Shown here: positions 6,012-15,974 of the stretch, piece after piece
Layout of the letters: every line of letters begins with the position of its first letter
Position numbering within the stretch: the stretch's first letter is position 1
Virus record (IMG/VR): IMGVR_UViG_3300030328_003717
Coordinates: 1 to 60,364 of that record
Direction: 5' to 3' (one strand)
Source of the DNA: a virus
Taxonomy: Duplodnaviria > Caudoviricetes
Length of the DNA stretch: 60,364 nucleotides
The notes under the pieces: model-generated
Told to the model about the DNA's origin: nothing
Seen by the model: the letters and a program-made list of their open reading frames with translations, nothing else
Databases searched by the model: none
Translations under genes and position numbers: made by a program

Positions 6012-8474
6012 ATGGCAATAGGCGACAACAAGCCGACCAATATAGATCGGATCTCTGATCTTATTGACTTAGACGTCGAAGCAGGCGAAACAGTAGAGAT
6101 CGAAGAACCAATGTCCATGGACCAAGGTGCTTCGGTATCGTTTATTGAAGACGGATCAGCGGAAATAAACTTTGGTCCGGAAGAAATGGACATGGACTTC
6201 ATGGATCAGATTCCTTTCGACGCAAACCTAGCGGATTATTTAGAAGAAGGAGAACTGGGACTGATTGCCAATGATCTAGTCGGCGACTTTGACGAAGATC
6301 ATGCAAGTCGTGGCGAATGGGAACAGACTTATGTCGAAGGACTAGACCTACTCGGTTTTAAATACGAAGATCGGGACCGTCCGTTTCCTGGCGCAAGCGG
6401 TGTCACCCACCCCCTCCTAGCAGAATCGGTTACTCAATTCCAAGCTCAAGCCTTTAAAGAGCTTTTGCCATCAAAAGGACCTGTAAAAACACAGGTAATG
6501 GGCATGGAAACACCTGAAATTGAGGCGCAAGCGGAGCGTGTTCAAGAGTACATGAACTACCAAATAACCACCGAAATGCAGGAATATACCCCTGAAATGG
6601 ACCAATTATTGTTCTATTTACCGCTTGCAGGGTCTGCGTTTAAGAAGGTTTATTTTGATCCAAGCAAACAAAGAGCGGTCAGCACCTTTGTACCCACAGA
6701 AGATTTAGTTGTTCCGTATACAGCAAGTGACTTAGAAACTTGCGAGCGCGTAACACACATTGTCAAAATGACATACAACGAAGTTCGAGCGCAACAACTT
6801 GCAGGATTCTACAGAGACATATCCATTGAACCGTCCGAGACAAACATAGACAGCAAGCCACAAGACAAAGTGGATGATCTCGAAGGCGTGTCCGCTAGCG
6901 GTGCAACAGAAATGATGTATGAACTCTTGGAGTTTCATGTGTCCATGGACATACCGGGATTTGAAGATCCCGACGGTATGCACATTCCTTATATAATTAC
7001 TGTTGATCGAACATCAAACAAAGTTTTGTCCATCCGTAGAAACTACGATCAGAATGATCCTCTAAAAAGAAAGACTCAGTATTTTGTTCACTACAAGTTC
7101 CTTCCAGGATTGGGTTTCTACGGATTCGGACTCATTCACATGATCGGCGGTTTGTCTAAAACTGCAACCGCAGCGCTTAGACAATTAATAGATGCGGGAA
7201 CCCTCGCAAACCTTCCTGCTGGATTTAAAGCAAGAGGTCTTAGAATCAGGGATGATGAGACTCCACTAGAGCCGGGAGAGTTTCGCGATGTTGATGCACC
7301 GGGAGGCGCGCTTCGAGATTCTTTAGTACCACTACCATATAAAGAACCATCGCAAACATTGCTCGCACTAATGGGAACTTGTGTTGAAGCGGGACAACGT
7401 TTTGCTTCTTTAGCAAATCTACAAATCGGCGAAGGCAATCAGGAACTACCAGTCGGCACAACCATGGCTCTATTAGAGCAAGGCACTCGTGTCATGTCGG
7501 CAGTACACAAACGACTGCATTACGCACAAAAAACAGAATTTAAAATACTAGCAAGATTGTTTGCTCAGTATCTACCACCAGAATATCCGTATCTTGTTGC
7601 TGGCGGAGATCAGATGATTAAACAACAGGACTTCGACGACCGCGTTGATGTTGTTCCTGTTTCTGATCCAAACTTCTTCTCAATGAGTCAAAGGATTTCA
7701 CTTGCGCAACAAGAACTACAACTGGTGCAAAGCAATCCAGAAATACACAACATTAAAGAATCCTATCGCAGAATGTATGAAGCGTTAGGAACAGAAAACA
7801 TTGAAGCACTGTTACTGCCTGATCCACCACCTCCCGCTCCTGTGGACCCAGCGTCAGAAAACGGTGCAGCAATCATGGGTGCTCCAGCGACAGCGTTCCC
7901 TGAACAAGAACACATGACGCACATTGAGGCGCACCTAACCTTATTAGAAAGTCCTGTGGCCATGATGAATCCAGCAACGGTGCCGTCTTTGGTGTCACAT
8001 ATCTTTCAACACATATCATTAGAAGCACAGAAAGTTGCCGACCAGCAAATGCCTGAACAACCTATGCCACAACAAGGCATGATGCCGCAAATGCAACAAG
8101 GCGGACCAACACCTCCTCCCGGTATGCCACAACAACCGCCTCCACCTAATCCAGAAAAAGAGGCATTGAAGGCGAGCATAGAAGTGGAGCTTATGGAAAC
8201 AATTATGCCTTCTCTCGAAGAAATCTTGACACCACCCGATGATGGAGTGGTAGAATTAAAACAACAAGAGCTTCAGATAAGATCGCAAGAAAACCAAGAT
8301 GATAAAGAAATTGCTGAGAAGAAACTAGAACTTGAAACAGCAAAACTTGTGCAGAAAGACCAAGCTGAAGAAGAAAAAATTAAATCTCAAGAAGACATCG
8401 CAGCACTAAAAGCGAATGTAGAAAGAGAGAGAATTAAAAAAGACATGGAGAAAGACAGTGGCAAGACGACTTAG
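6012..8474 (+). CDS. Portal protein (P22-like)
   Basis: 820 aa after terL; HPLLAESVTQFQAQA, GSAFKKVY, PVGTTMALLE; coiled-coil C-terminus. Confidence 0.88.
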   Translation: MAIGDNKPTNIDRISDLIDLDVEAGETVEIEEPMSMDQGASVSFIEDGSAEINFGPEEMDMDFMDQIPFDANLADYLEEGELGLIANDLVGDFDEDHASRGEWEQTYVEGLDLLGFKYEDRDRPFPGASGVTHPLLAESVTQFQAQAFKELLPSKGPVKTQVMGMETPEIEAQAERVQEYMNYQITTEMQEYTPEMDQLLFYLPLAGSAFKKVYFDPSKQRAVSTFVPTEDLVVPYTASDLETCERVTHIVKMTYNEVRAQQLAGFYRDISIEPSETNIDSKPQDKVDDLEGVSASGATEMMYELLEFHVSMDIPGFEDPDGMHIPYIITVDRTSNKVLSIRRNYDQNDPLKRKTQYFVHYKFLPGLGFYGFGLIHMIGGLSKTATAALRQLIDAGTLANLPAGFKARGLRIRDDETPLEPGEFRDVDAPGGALRDSLVPLPYKEPSQTLLALMGTCVEAGQRFASLANLQIGEGNQELPVGTTMALLEQGTRVMSAVHKRLHYAQKTEFKILARLFAQYLPPEYPYLVAGGDQMIKQQDFDDRVDVVPVSDPNFFSMSQRISLAQQELQLVQSNPEIHNIKESYRRMYEALGTENIEALLLPDPPPPAPVDPASENGAAIMGAPATAFPEQEHMTHIEAHLTLLESPVAMMNPATVPSLVSHIFQHISLEAQKVADQQMPEQPMPQQGMMPQMQQGGPTPPPGMPQQPPPPNPEKEALKASIEVELMETIMPSLEEILTPPDDGVVELKQQELQIRSQENQDDKEIAEKKLELETAKLVQKDQAEEEKIKSQEDIAALKANVERERIKKDMEKDSGKTT

Positions 8475-9642
8475 CACAACAGAACCTAGACGAAGTGGTG
8501 TGCCTAGTACAACAACGGGTCCAGTAATAATTCCTGGAACTGACCTAATCCAGAAAAAGATTCCACCAAGAAAACAGTTTCTTCAACGTCCACCAAGTAT
8601 CGAAGAACAGGTTGCGCAAGTTTTATCAGGACCTAGTTTTCCAGGAAAACAGACGCCAAAATTTACTCAACAACCCATGCGGATGCCAGAACCAGTTGGT
8701 CCCATGACCGACATGAGAACAATGCCGTCTATGCCTACAACAGGCATAGCTTCTTTATCTGACGTTTTACCTTTAATAGATATGGGAGGAGAAGACATTA
8801 TGCAACTTTTGTCCGGTCTTCCTAAAACACCTTCCGCACCTGTGATGGAAGATCCTGGAAGCCAAATTGTGGATTATGATCCATACTACCGTGATAGTTA
8901 TAGGATGATGGAAGATCCAGAAGAAAGGAACAGAGAAATATTAAGAGAAATGGAAGAAAATGCTTTGAACACGCCTAAACTAACCACGAACCGTATTCCA
9001 ATAGAAGAGATTAATCAAAACTTTAGGGACATAATGCAGACGGATCCAATGTCTATTCAGTCTAAAGAAGATTTGGATAATTTAATGACTGGACCATTAT
9101 TTGCTAGGCAAAGAGATGAGATATTTCAAAAGTATATTCAAAATCCTATTAATCAGCTTTGGAAAGCCAGCCAAACACCTATGATGGAAGAGGAAATGGT
9201 TTTTGATGATGTAGTTAGACCAATGCCAGTAGGAGAGGGAGTACCTTTTCCCATAGATTTAGGTGATGTTCAAGAACCAATCGACATAATTGATCCAAGA
9301 CCAATACCTGGGGCTGACCCAATGCCACCATCTCCAGAAACCACACCTGTTCAAGAAACAGGAACCACGCCTGTTCAAGGCATGACCATGGAACAAATGC
9401 AACAAATGATTGCCGACATGCAAGCGCAACAACAAGCGCAACAACAAGCGGCAACAAGGGAAGCTCAAGAAATGTCTAAACAATATATGGTTTATGGAGA
9501 CAGAACAGGATACAATCCTTATTTAAGTGGTCAGTATCAATCAGATCCGTACGGACCATCTGGAGTACCCAACATGGGAGGAATAACAACTATTCCAGTC
9601 CCTGATGGGTACGGAATTTACAACCCTGTATATGGTGGGTAA
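8458..9642 (+). CDS. Pro/Met/Gln-rich low-complexity protein
   Basis: 394-aa ORF in the head module. Confidence 0.7.
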   Translation: MARRLSTTEPRRSGVPSTTTGPVIIPGTDLIQKKIPPRKQFLQRPPSIEEQVAQVLSGPSFPGKQTPKFTQQPMRMPEPVGPMTDMRTMPSMPTTGIASLSDVLPLIDMGGEDIMQLLSGLPKTPSAPVMEDPGSQIVDYDPYYRDSYRMMEDPEERNREILREMEENALNTPKLTTNRIPIEEINQNFRDIMQTDPMSIQSKEDLDNLMTGPLFARQRDEIFQKYIQNPINQLWKASQTPMMEEEMVFDDVVRPMPVGEGVPFPIDLGDVQEPIDIIDPRPIPGADPMPPSPETTPVQETGTTPVQGMTMEQMQQMIADMQAQQQAQQQAATREAQEMSKQYMVYGDRTGYNPYLSGQYQSDPYGPSGVPNMGGITTIPVPDGYGIYNPVYGG

Positions 9643-9654
9643 TAGGAGCTAGAG

Positions 9655-9846
9655 ATAGATATTTTAGAGTTCGCGACAGCTGTGCAGCGCGCAATTGGGA
9701 AAAAAGAGCAGCAGATACAAGAAATGATGGCCAATGGTGAAACAAAAGATTGGTCACATTATCGTAATCTGGTCGGCCAAATCGAAGCGCTAAACTTCAT
9801 TCGCGAAGAAATTAGAACCATTCTAAAAAACCAGGATATAGAATAA
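9655..9846 (+). CDS. 63-aa helical protein, probable ATA start
   Basis: AGGAG 6 nt upstream of ATA; in-frame TAG at 9643; stop overlaps groES ATG. Confidence 0.7.
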   Translation: MDILEFATAVQRAIGKKEQQIQEMMANGETKDWSHYRNLVGQIEALNFIREEIRTILKNQDIE

Positions 9847-10295
9847 TGGCTAAAACAGCGCTAGAGCAAAAATGGGCTACAGAAGAGTCCGAAAAAACCC
9901 CCTTAGAAAAAGTATATGACGAAGGCATTGGGCTGGATTCAACAAAAGTTGGTGAAGATTTATTAGAAAGTCTTCCAGAGCCAACGGGATGGAGAATAAT
10001 GATTCTTCCTTTTAGAGGCGAAAGAAAAACAAAGGGAGGAATTGAGCTAACAGACGAAACACTTGGAAGACAACAAGTCAGCACCGTCTTAGGCTATGTT
10101 TTAAAAGTAGGTCCTTTGGCCTATAGCGGAGAAAGATTTTCAACCGGTTCTTGGTGCGAAGAGGGAGATTGGGTAATGTTTGGTCGTTACGCAGGATCTC
10201 GTTTTCAAATTGAGGGCGGTGAAATAAAAATACTCAATGACGATGAAATCATTGCAAGAGTACCTAACCCAGAAGCAATTCTGCATCAATTTTAA
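9846..10295 (+). CDS. groES: GroES-like co-chaperonin
   Basis: PTGWRIMI, KTKGGIEL mobile loop, VLKVGP, GDWVMFGRYAG, ILNDDEIIA. Confidence 0.9.
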   Translation: MAKTALEQKWATEESEKTPLEKVYDEGIGLDSTKVGEDLLESLPEPTGWRIMILPFRGERKTKGGIELTDETLGRQQVSTVLGYVLKVGPLAYSGERFSTGSWCEEGDWVMFGRYAGSRFQIEGGEIKILNDDEIIARVPNPEAILHQF

Positions 10296-10310
10296 CATGA
10301 GGAAAAAATC

Positions 10311-11216
10311 ATGCCAGAGCATAAACTAAACTTAAATCCTGCGGAAGAGCTTGTACAGATTGACGATACAGGCCCTGAAGTAGACGTTGAAATAGACGAA
10401 GACCAAAATGCAAATTTTGAAGCACAGCCTGTAAAAGAAAATATTTTAGAGGCAATGCCTGAAGAAAAAGAAAAAGTAGAAGACGAACACGAAGAATACA
10501 GCAAAGGTGTAAAGAAACGAATCGGCAAACTCACTGCAAAACTGCGCGAAGCAGAACGTAGAGAAGAAGCAGCGACTAAGTATGCTCAAAATGTACATAA
10601 AGAAAACGCAACACTTAAACAACAAAAACAAAACACAGACGGAAACTATATTCTTTCTGAAGCAAATAGAATTACGGCAGAAACAGAGGCTACAAAAACA
10701 CTATTACAAAAAGCGAACGAAGAACAAAATATAGATGCGCAAGTACAAGCGCAACAAAAATTGGCATCTTTGGCGGTAGAGGCTCAACGCGTACAAGCAC
10801 TCAACCAAAGAAGAACTCAACAGCCTGTACAACAGCAACAAGATTTTGTACAACAGCAACAAGAGGCTCCTATGAAACCCGATCCCAGAGCAGAAGCTTG
10901 GGCAGAAGACAACTCTTGGTTTGGTGATGATCGTGCAATGACCATTACTTCTTTCGCCATTCACGAAGATTTGTTGAACGAAGGGTTTGACGCGACAAGC
11001 GATGAGTATTATAGTGAGATAGATAAACGGATTCGAGATGAGTTTCCCCATAGATTTGGAGAAACATCTCAGCAAAACCGTCCCGCTCAAGCGGTAGCGC
11101 CAGCTAAACGCAGCGCTAAAAGTGGGCGCAAGTCTGTGAGACTCACACCTTCACAGGTAGCAATAGCGAAGAAGCTAGGTGTGCCTTTAAATGAATACGC
11201 GAAATATGTTGAATAA
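10311..11216 (+). CDS. Probable capsid scaffolding protein
   Basis: Acidic N-terminus, long coiled coil, C-terminal LTPSQVAIAKKLGVPLNEYAKY; upstream of MCP. Confidence 0.7.
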   Translation: MPEHKLNLNPAEELVQIDDTGPEVDVEIDEDQNANFEAQPVKENILEAMPEEKEKVEDEHEEYSKGVKKRIGKLTAKLREAERREEAATKYAQNVHKENATLKQQKQNTDGNYILSEANRITAETEATKTLLQKANEEQNIDAQVQAQQKLASLAVEAQRVQALNQRRTQQPVQQQQDFVQQQQEAPMKPDPRAEAWAEDNSWFGDDRAMTITSFAIHEDLLNEGFDATSDEYYSEIDKRIRDEFPHRFGETSQQNRPAQAVAPAKRSAKSGRKSVRLTPSQVAIAKKLGVPLNEYAKYVE

Positions 11217-11230
11217 ACGTGGAGACAACA

Positions 11231-11719
11231 ATGACAAAAAACAATAAAGTCGACGCAAGTCGCGAACCACGCGAAGCCCAAACTCGTGAGAAAAAACAAG
11301 CGAGAAAACCTTGGGCGCCACCATCCGCTTTGGATGCACCGAATCCTCCAGAAGGATACGTTCACCGTTGGGTAAGAATGGAAGCTAGAGGTCAAGACGA
11401 TCAGAAAAATGTGATGGCTAGACTTCGTGAAGGCTGGGAACCTGTGAGAGCAGATGAACACCCTGATTTCGATTCTCCCGTAATGGAAGAAGGTAAATTT
11501 CAAGGAGTAATTGGTGTTGGCGGATTGATTCTTTGTCGAATCCCAATCGAAACCGTCCAAGAAAGGACCGCTTACTTTACAACAAAGGCAGAGGGACAAA
11601 TGGACGCGGTTGATAATGATTTGATGAAAGATGGAACACATCCTAGTATGTCAATTAGTAAACCTAATAGGCAATCTCGCGTAACAATTGGCGGAACTCA
11701 AGGTTCTTCACAGAACTAA
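11231..11719 (+). CDS. Head-module hypothetical protein
   Basis: GGAG RBS before ATG 11231; position between scaffold and capsid genes. Confidence 0.75.
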   Translation: MTKNNKVDASREPREAQTREKKQARKPWAPPSALDAPNPPEGYVHRWVRMEARGQDDQKNVMARLREGWEPVRADEHPDFDSPVMEEGKFQGVIGVGGLILCRIPIETVQERTAYFTTKAEGQMDAVDNDLMKDGTHPSMSISKPNRQSRVTIGGTQGSSQN

Positions 11720-11760
11720 GGGTTTTTAATAATAATTCTTGAATAGAGGAAAAGTTTAAC

Positions 11761-12342
11761 ATGGCAAACGTAGACAAGGCTTTTGGTCTAAGACCTTATA
11801 AAGGCCTAAATGTTGGTTCAGCTGTACAAGAAGCTAATAAATATAGTATTGATCCTTCCGGATATGGTACAAGCATCTTTCAAGGTGACTTGTGCATATT
11901 CGCAGGCGGATATATTAATAGAGCAGCAGCTTCTTCAGCTAACATAGTCGGTGTGTTCTCACACTGCTACTATGTGAACACAAGCGGTGAGCCTACCTTC
12001 TCGAATTACTATCCAGCTAGTACAACGGCACTCGGAGGCGGAGCTATAGAATGTTATATCTATGACGACCCTAACCAAATGTTTCTTGTACAAGCGGACG
12101 GTGCTTCAGCTGTAACATGTATTGGTAGAAATGCTGATACTGACGGCATTGGTGGTTCAACGACTACAGGTGTTTCCACTCGTGAACTCGACTCTAGCAC
12201 TATAGCAACAACGCAAGGACTACAACTTAAAATCGTTGGTGTTGTTCAAGATGACTCTAATGGAGACCTCACAGCGGATAATGCAAATTTGGTTGTAATA
12301 ATCAATGAGCACGCTTACAGAGGTCCTGTTGCAGGAACGTAA
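11761..12342 (+). CDS. Probable capsid decoration/minor head protein
   Basis: GAGG RBS, beta-rich, directly before MCP. Confidence 0.6.
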   Translation: MANVDKAFGLRPYKGLNVGSAVQEANKYSIDPSGYGTSIFQGDLCIFAGGYINRAAASSANIVGVFSHCYYVNTSGEPTFSNYYPASTTALGGGAIECYIYDDPNQMFLVQADGASAVTCIGRNADTDGIGGSTTTGVSTRELDSSTIATTQGLQLKIVGVVQDDSNGDLTADNANLVVIINEHAYRGPVAGT

Positions 12343-12354
12343 GGAGTAATTTAG

Positions 12355-13263
12355 ATGGCAATTAGTAGAGCACAATTGGTAAAAGAATTGCTTCCAGGCC
12401 TTAACGCATTATTTGGTCTTGAGTACGATAGATATGATAACGAACATGAAGAAATTTATGACGTCGAATCAAGTGATCGTGCTTTTGAAGAAGAAGTAAT
12501 GTTAACAGGCTTTGATAGCGCACCTGTTAAGTCAGAAGGAGCAGGAGTTGCATTTGACCAAGCGCAAGAAGCGTTTACGTCAAGGTACACTCACGAAACG
12601 ATAGCATTGGCGTTTTCAATTACTGAGGAAGCGGTCGAAGATAACTTGTATGACAGACTGTCAGCAAGATATACTCGCGCGCTCGCCCGAAGTATGGCAA
12701 ACACTAAGCAAGTAAAAGCAGCATCTGTTTTAAACAGAGCGTTCAACACAAGTTATTTAGGCGGAGACGGTAAAGAACTTTGCGCAACAGACCACCCGAC
12801 TGTGGGTGGCGCTAATTTGCGTAACGAACTTTCAACTGCAGCTGACCTGAACGAAACTTCGTTGGAACAAGCTCTTATTGACATTGCAGCATTTACTGAC
12901 GAACGTGGATTGAAAGTAGCTCTTCAAGGAACGAAACTAATCATTCCTAAAGAACTACAGTTCACTGCCGATAGATTGTTGGAAACACCAGGACGTGTTG
13001 GAACGTCTGATAATGATATTAACGCTATGAAAAACATGGGAATGATCCCTGAAGGTTATACTGTTAATCATTATCTAACTGACACTGATGCTTGGTTCAT
13101 TAAGACTGATTGTCCGAACGGATTCAAAATGTTTGATCGTTCACCAATCAGAACTTCAATGGAAGCTGATTTTGACACAGGCAATGTTCGCTACAAGGCT
13201 AGAGAAAGATACTCTTTTGGATGGAGTGATCCAAGAGCAGTATTTGGAAGCCCAGGAGCATAA
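12355..13263 (+). CDS. Major capsid protein (HK97 fold)
   Basis: MAISRAQLVKELLPGLNALFG...KARERYSFGWSDPR; AAGGAG RBS; position. Confidence 0.9.
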   Translation: MAISRAQLVKELLPGLNALFGLEYDRYDNEHEEIYDVESSDRAFEEEVMLTGFDSAPVKSEGAGVAFDQAQEAFTSRYTHETIALAFSITEEAVEDNLYDRLSARYTRALARSMANTKQVKAASVLNRAFNTSYLGGDGKELCATDHPTVGGANLRNELSTAADLNETSLEQALIDIAAFTDERGLKVALQGTKLIIPKELQFTADRLLETPGRVGTSDNDINAMKNMGMIPEGYTVNHYLTDTDAWFIKTDCPNGFKMFDRSPIRTSMEADFDTGNVRYKARERYSFGWSDPRAVFGSPGA

Positions 13264-13271
13264 CCAAATAT

Positions 13272-13318
13272 GGAACCCCGCCGGGGGTTTCTTACTCAAC
13301 CCGGCACACTTTTCTCTT
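13272..13318 (+). terminator. Hairpin/terminator after MCP
   Basis: GGAACCCC-GCCG-GGGGTTTC; alternative GCCGGG/CCCGGC stem followed by pyrimidine tract. Confidence 0.55.
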
Positions 13319-13353
13319 TATATTTCCCTTCTTTCCAAGTAGTATGTAATTTA

Positions 13354-13408
13354 CTAGGGTTAACTTGTCCTACAGACTGACCTAGCAGACAAGCCAAGAC
13401 GGTAGGAC
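13354..13408 (+). ncRNA. Candidate structured leader RNA (pseudoknot)
   Basis: GTCCTAC/GTAGGAC stem; CTG-ACCTAG-CAG hairpin whose loop complements upstream CTAGG. Confidence 0.45.
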
Positions 13409-13433
13409 TTATTTTTTTCTCAGGAGGAAAATT

Positions 13434-13940
13434 ATGGCTAAATCAACCTTTTCAGGACCAGTACAATCACTGGCTGGATTTATTTCGGCAGGAAACGCTA
13501 ACGTAGTTAGTTTGACCGCTGACACAACTTTGACCGTTGCATCACATGCAGGCAAAGTATTAATAACCAATGACGCAGACGGTAAGTTTACTTTACCTTC
13601 TATTGTTGCAACTGCTCCAGGCAGTGACGACGATCCAAACCAAACCAATAACCTAGGCGCTACTTTTACGTTTATAGTTGTCACCGCAGCAACAGATATG
13701 GACATCTTAACGGATGGAACAGATAAGTTCGTTGGTGGTCTATATACTGGAGTTACTGATGCAACAGGTAAAACTTTTATTTCTGGTGCGAGCAACGATG
13801 TTATCACTATGAACGGAAGCACTAAGGGCGGACTTGCTGGTAGCATTGTAAAAGTAACTGCAATGGCTTCTGCTAAGTATGCGGTGGAAGGAATCATACT
13901 TGGTTCAGGAACACTAGTTACTCCATTCGCTGACGCATAA
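13434..13940 (+). CDS. Virion structural protein (possible head fibre/decoration)
   Basis: AGGAGG RBS; Thr/Gly/Ala beta-rich; directly after MCP. Confidence 0.7.
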   Translation: MAKSTFSGPVQSLAGFISAGNANVVSLTADTTLTVASHAGKVLITNDADGKFTLPSIVATAPGSDDDPNQTNNLGATFTFIVVTAATDMDILTDGTDKFVGGLYTGVTDATGKTFISGASNDVITMNGSTKGGLAGSIVKVTAMASAKYAVEGIILGSGTLVTPFADA

Positions 13941-13951
13941 GGAGGTAAACC

Positions 13952-14371
13952 ATGGCTAATACAGTCACAGGCCCTACCATTCAGTATGACTATGACAAAA
14001 AACTAATTGTTTATTGTTCAGTTTTATCAGACGGAAGCGCAAGTAGCACAACGTTGGTTGATGTTTCAGCATTGACAAAAAACAACGCAAAAGCTTGCGC
14101 TCACGTTGCACTAAATAAAATCTGGTACACAGTAGGCGGAGGAACAGATGCTCCTGCTTCCCTAGATTGGGATGCAGACACTAACGTTACTTTTTTAACG
14201 CTTTCTTATGACAATATGTTTGACTTTAGTTCTATTGGAGGATTGGTCAACACAGAAGCTACGGGATACAGTGGAGACGTTCTTTTCGTTATTCCATCAA
14301 CTTCCGATGCTGGAAACGAGTACACAGTTTGGTGCGAGTTCATAAAATATTATGAAGCACCTAATAATTAG
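13952..14371 (+). CDS. Virion-associated hypothetical protein
   Basis: AGGAGG RBS; position. Confidence 0.7.
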   Translation: MANTVTGPTIQYDYDKKLIVYCSVLSDGSASSTTLVDVSALTKNNAKACAHVALNKIWYTVGGGTDAPASLDWDADTNVTFLTLSYDNMFDFSSIGGLVNTEATGYSGDVLFVIPSTSDAGNEYTVWCEFIKYYEAPNN

Positions 14372-14380
14372 AGGTAAATC

Positions 14381-14551
14381 ATGCCAGGAATGAATGAAAG
14401 AAAAAGACACATGAGAGGCGAAACCAAGACCGCTCGCGGTGACTATGGAACTAAAGGTTACAAGTATGGCGGCAAGGTTAAAGTAATGCCAGGTTATGGC
14501 TCTATTAGTTCATCAATATCAAGAGCGCATAAGAAAGACCGTAGGCGTTAA
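14381..14551 (+). CDS. 56-aa basic protein with YKYGG motif
   Basis: GAGG RBS; MPGMNERKRH...YKYGGKVKV...KKDRRR; below the ORF-track cutoff. Confidence 0.65.
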   Translation: MPGMNERKRHMRGETKTARGDYGTKGYKYGGKVKVMPGYGSISSSISRAHKKDRRR

Positions 14552-14553
14552 TC

Positions 14554-15213
14554 ATGGCGACTTCAGGAACTACAGCATTCGATCTGAGTGTTGATGAAAT
14601 TATTGAAGAAGCATACGAGCGTTGCGGAATCGAACTTCGTACTGGGTACGATTTAGAAACCGCACGTCGTTCGTTGAATCTTATGATTGCTGAATGGGCA
14701 AACAGAGGCCTTAATCAGTGGTTAATTGTTAAAAATAATTTTACAGTTACTGAAGGCACAAACTATGTAGACTTAGGCACAGATGTTGTAGACATAACAT
14801 CTGCTGTCATTCAAAGAGACAACACAGATTTTCAACTTGAGCGTATAAGTAGGTCTGATTTTTTATATACACCAGAAAAAGCAGACAAAGCTAGACCAAC
14901 TCAGTTTTTCTTAGAAAGACACATAACACCTAGAATATATCTGTACCCAACACCAGAAAACTCTACAGACGTAGTTTATTACTACGCACTAACAAGGATG
15001 CAAGACGTAGGGGATTATACAAACACCATGGAAACAGTTTTTCGTTTTCTTCCGTGTATGGCCGCTGGTTTGGCTTATTATATAGCAATAAAAAGAGCAC
15101 CAGACAGAGTGCAGTTGTTAAAACAGATTTATGATGAGGAGTTTGATAGAGCAGCGTTTGAGGACATTGATTCTGTAAGTTCTAAGTTTGTTCCGCCTAG
15201 AGTGGTGATATAA
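14554..15213 (+). CDS. Head-tail adaptor (P22 gp4-like)
   Basis: ARRSLNLMIAEWANRG, P...YLYPTP pattern; size and position. Confidence 0.7.
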   Translation: MATSGTTAFDLSVDEIIEEAYERCGIELRTGYDLETARRSLNLMIAEWANRGLNQWLIVKNNFTVTEGTNYVDLGTDVVDITSAVIQRDNTDFQLERISRSDFLYTPEKADKARPTQFFLERHITPRIYLYPTPENSTDVVYYYALTRMQDVGDYTNTMETVFRFLPCMAAGLAYYIAIKRAPDRVQLLKQIYDEEFDRAAFEDIDSVSSKFVPPRVVI

Positions 15214-15974
15214 TGGCTTTTTCTGCTGGCAAACATGCTTGGGGAATTTGTGATATTTCGGGTCAAAGATACAGACTAAAAGACATGAAGACACAGTGGA
15301 ACGGTCTTCGTGTTGGTTATGACCAATTTGACACGAAACACCCACAACTAGATCCACCACATATAGCTGCAGACCCACAAGCGCTAAGAAACCCTAGACC
15401 AGACAGAACAGAACCTGTTGCAGAAGCTTTATTAATAAGCAATCCTTTTTTGTCTACAGCTTCTAGCGCAGTAGTAACTGTTTTTGAAGACGATCATGGA
15501 AGAACAACTGGTGATAAAGTTAGGTTTAGAGGAACTGAGTCTTTTGCTGGACTCTCTGCGTCTGTTTTAGAAGATCCTGACGCATACTCAATTACGGTTA
15601 TAAACACAGACACATACAGTTTTGGTGTTTCTTCTGGCACAGCAACTAGCGCTATTAGAGGCGGAGGCGGTTTCGTTTCAGTGGGACCAGCGCAAGCTCT
15701 TTTGCCTTTAGACCCATTTAAAACATTAACTTCTGGAGCAAACGCTGAAATTCAAGTTACAGAGTTTAAACACAACAGAACTACAGGAGATACGGTTAGG
15801 CTTCGTAACACAAAAGCTTTTGACGGCATAACAACAACTATACTTGAAGCTTCGGATGGATATACAATAACAGTTGTAAACGACAATAATTATAAATTTA
15901 CTTCAACAGGAACAGCTACTACTGGCGATGTTAGCGGTGGTGGCTCAAAAGCAACAGCAGGACCTACAACATGA
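15213..15974 (+). CDS. Virion protein with two HGxxxGDxVxF-type beta repeats
   Basis: Duplicated HGRTTGDKVRF / HNRTTGDTVRL modules. Confidence 0.7.
   Translation: MAFSAGKHAWGICDISGQRYRLKDMKTQWNGLRVGYDQFDTKHPQLDPPHIAADPQALRNPRPDRTEPVAEALLISNPFLSTASSAVVTVFEDDHGRTTGDKVRFRGTESFAGLSASVLEDPDAYSITVINTDTYSFGVSSGTATSAIRGGGGFVSVGPAQALLPLDPFKTLTSGANAEIQVTEFKHNRTTGDTVRLRNTKAFDGITTTILEASDGYTITVVNDNNYKFTSTGTATTGDVSGGGSKATAGPTT

Noticed and set aside
13354-13408. Hammerhead ribozyme
   Set aside because: CUGA is present but the CUGANGA and GAAA core is not
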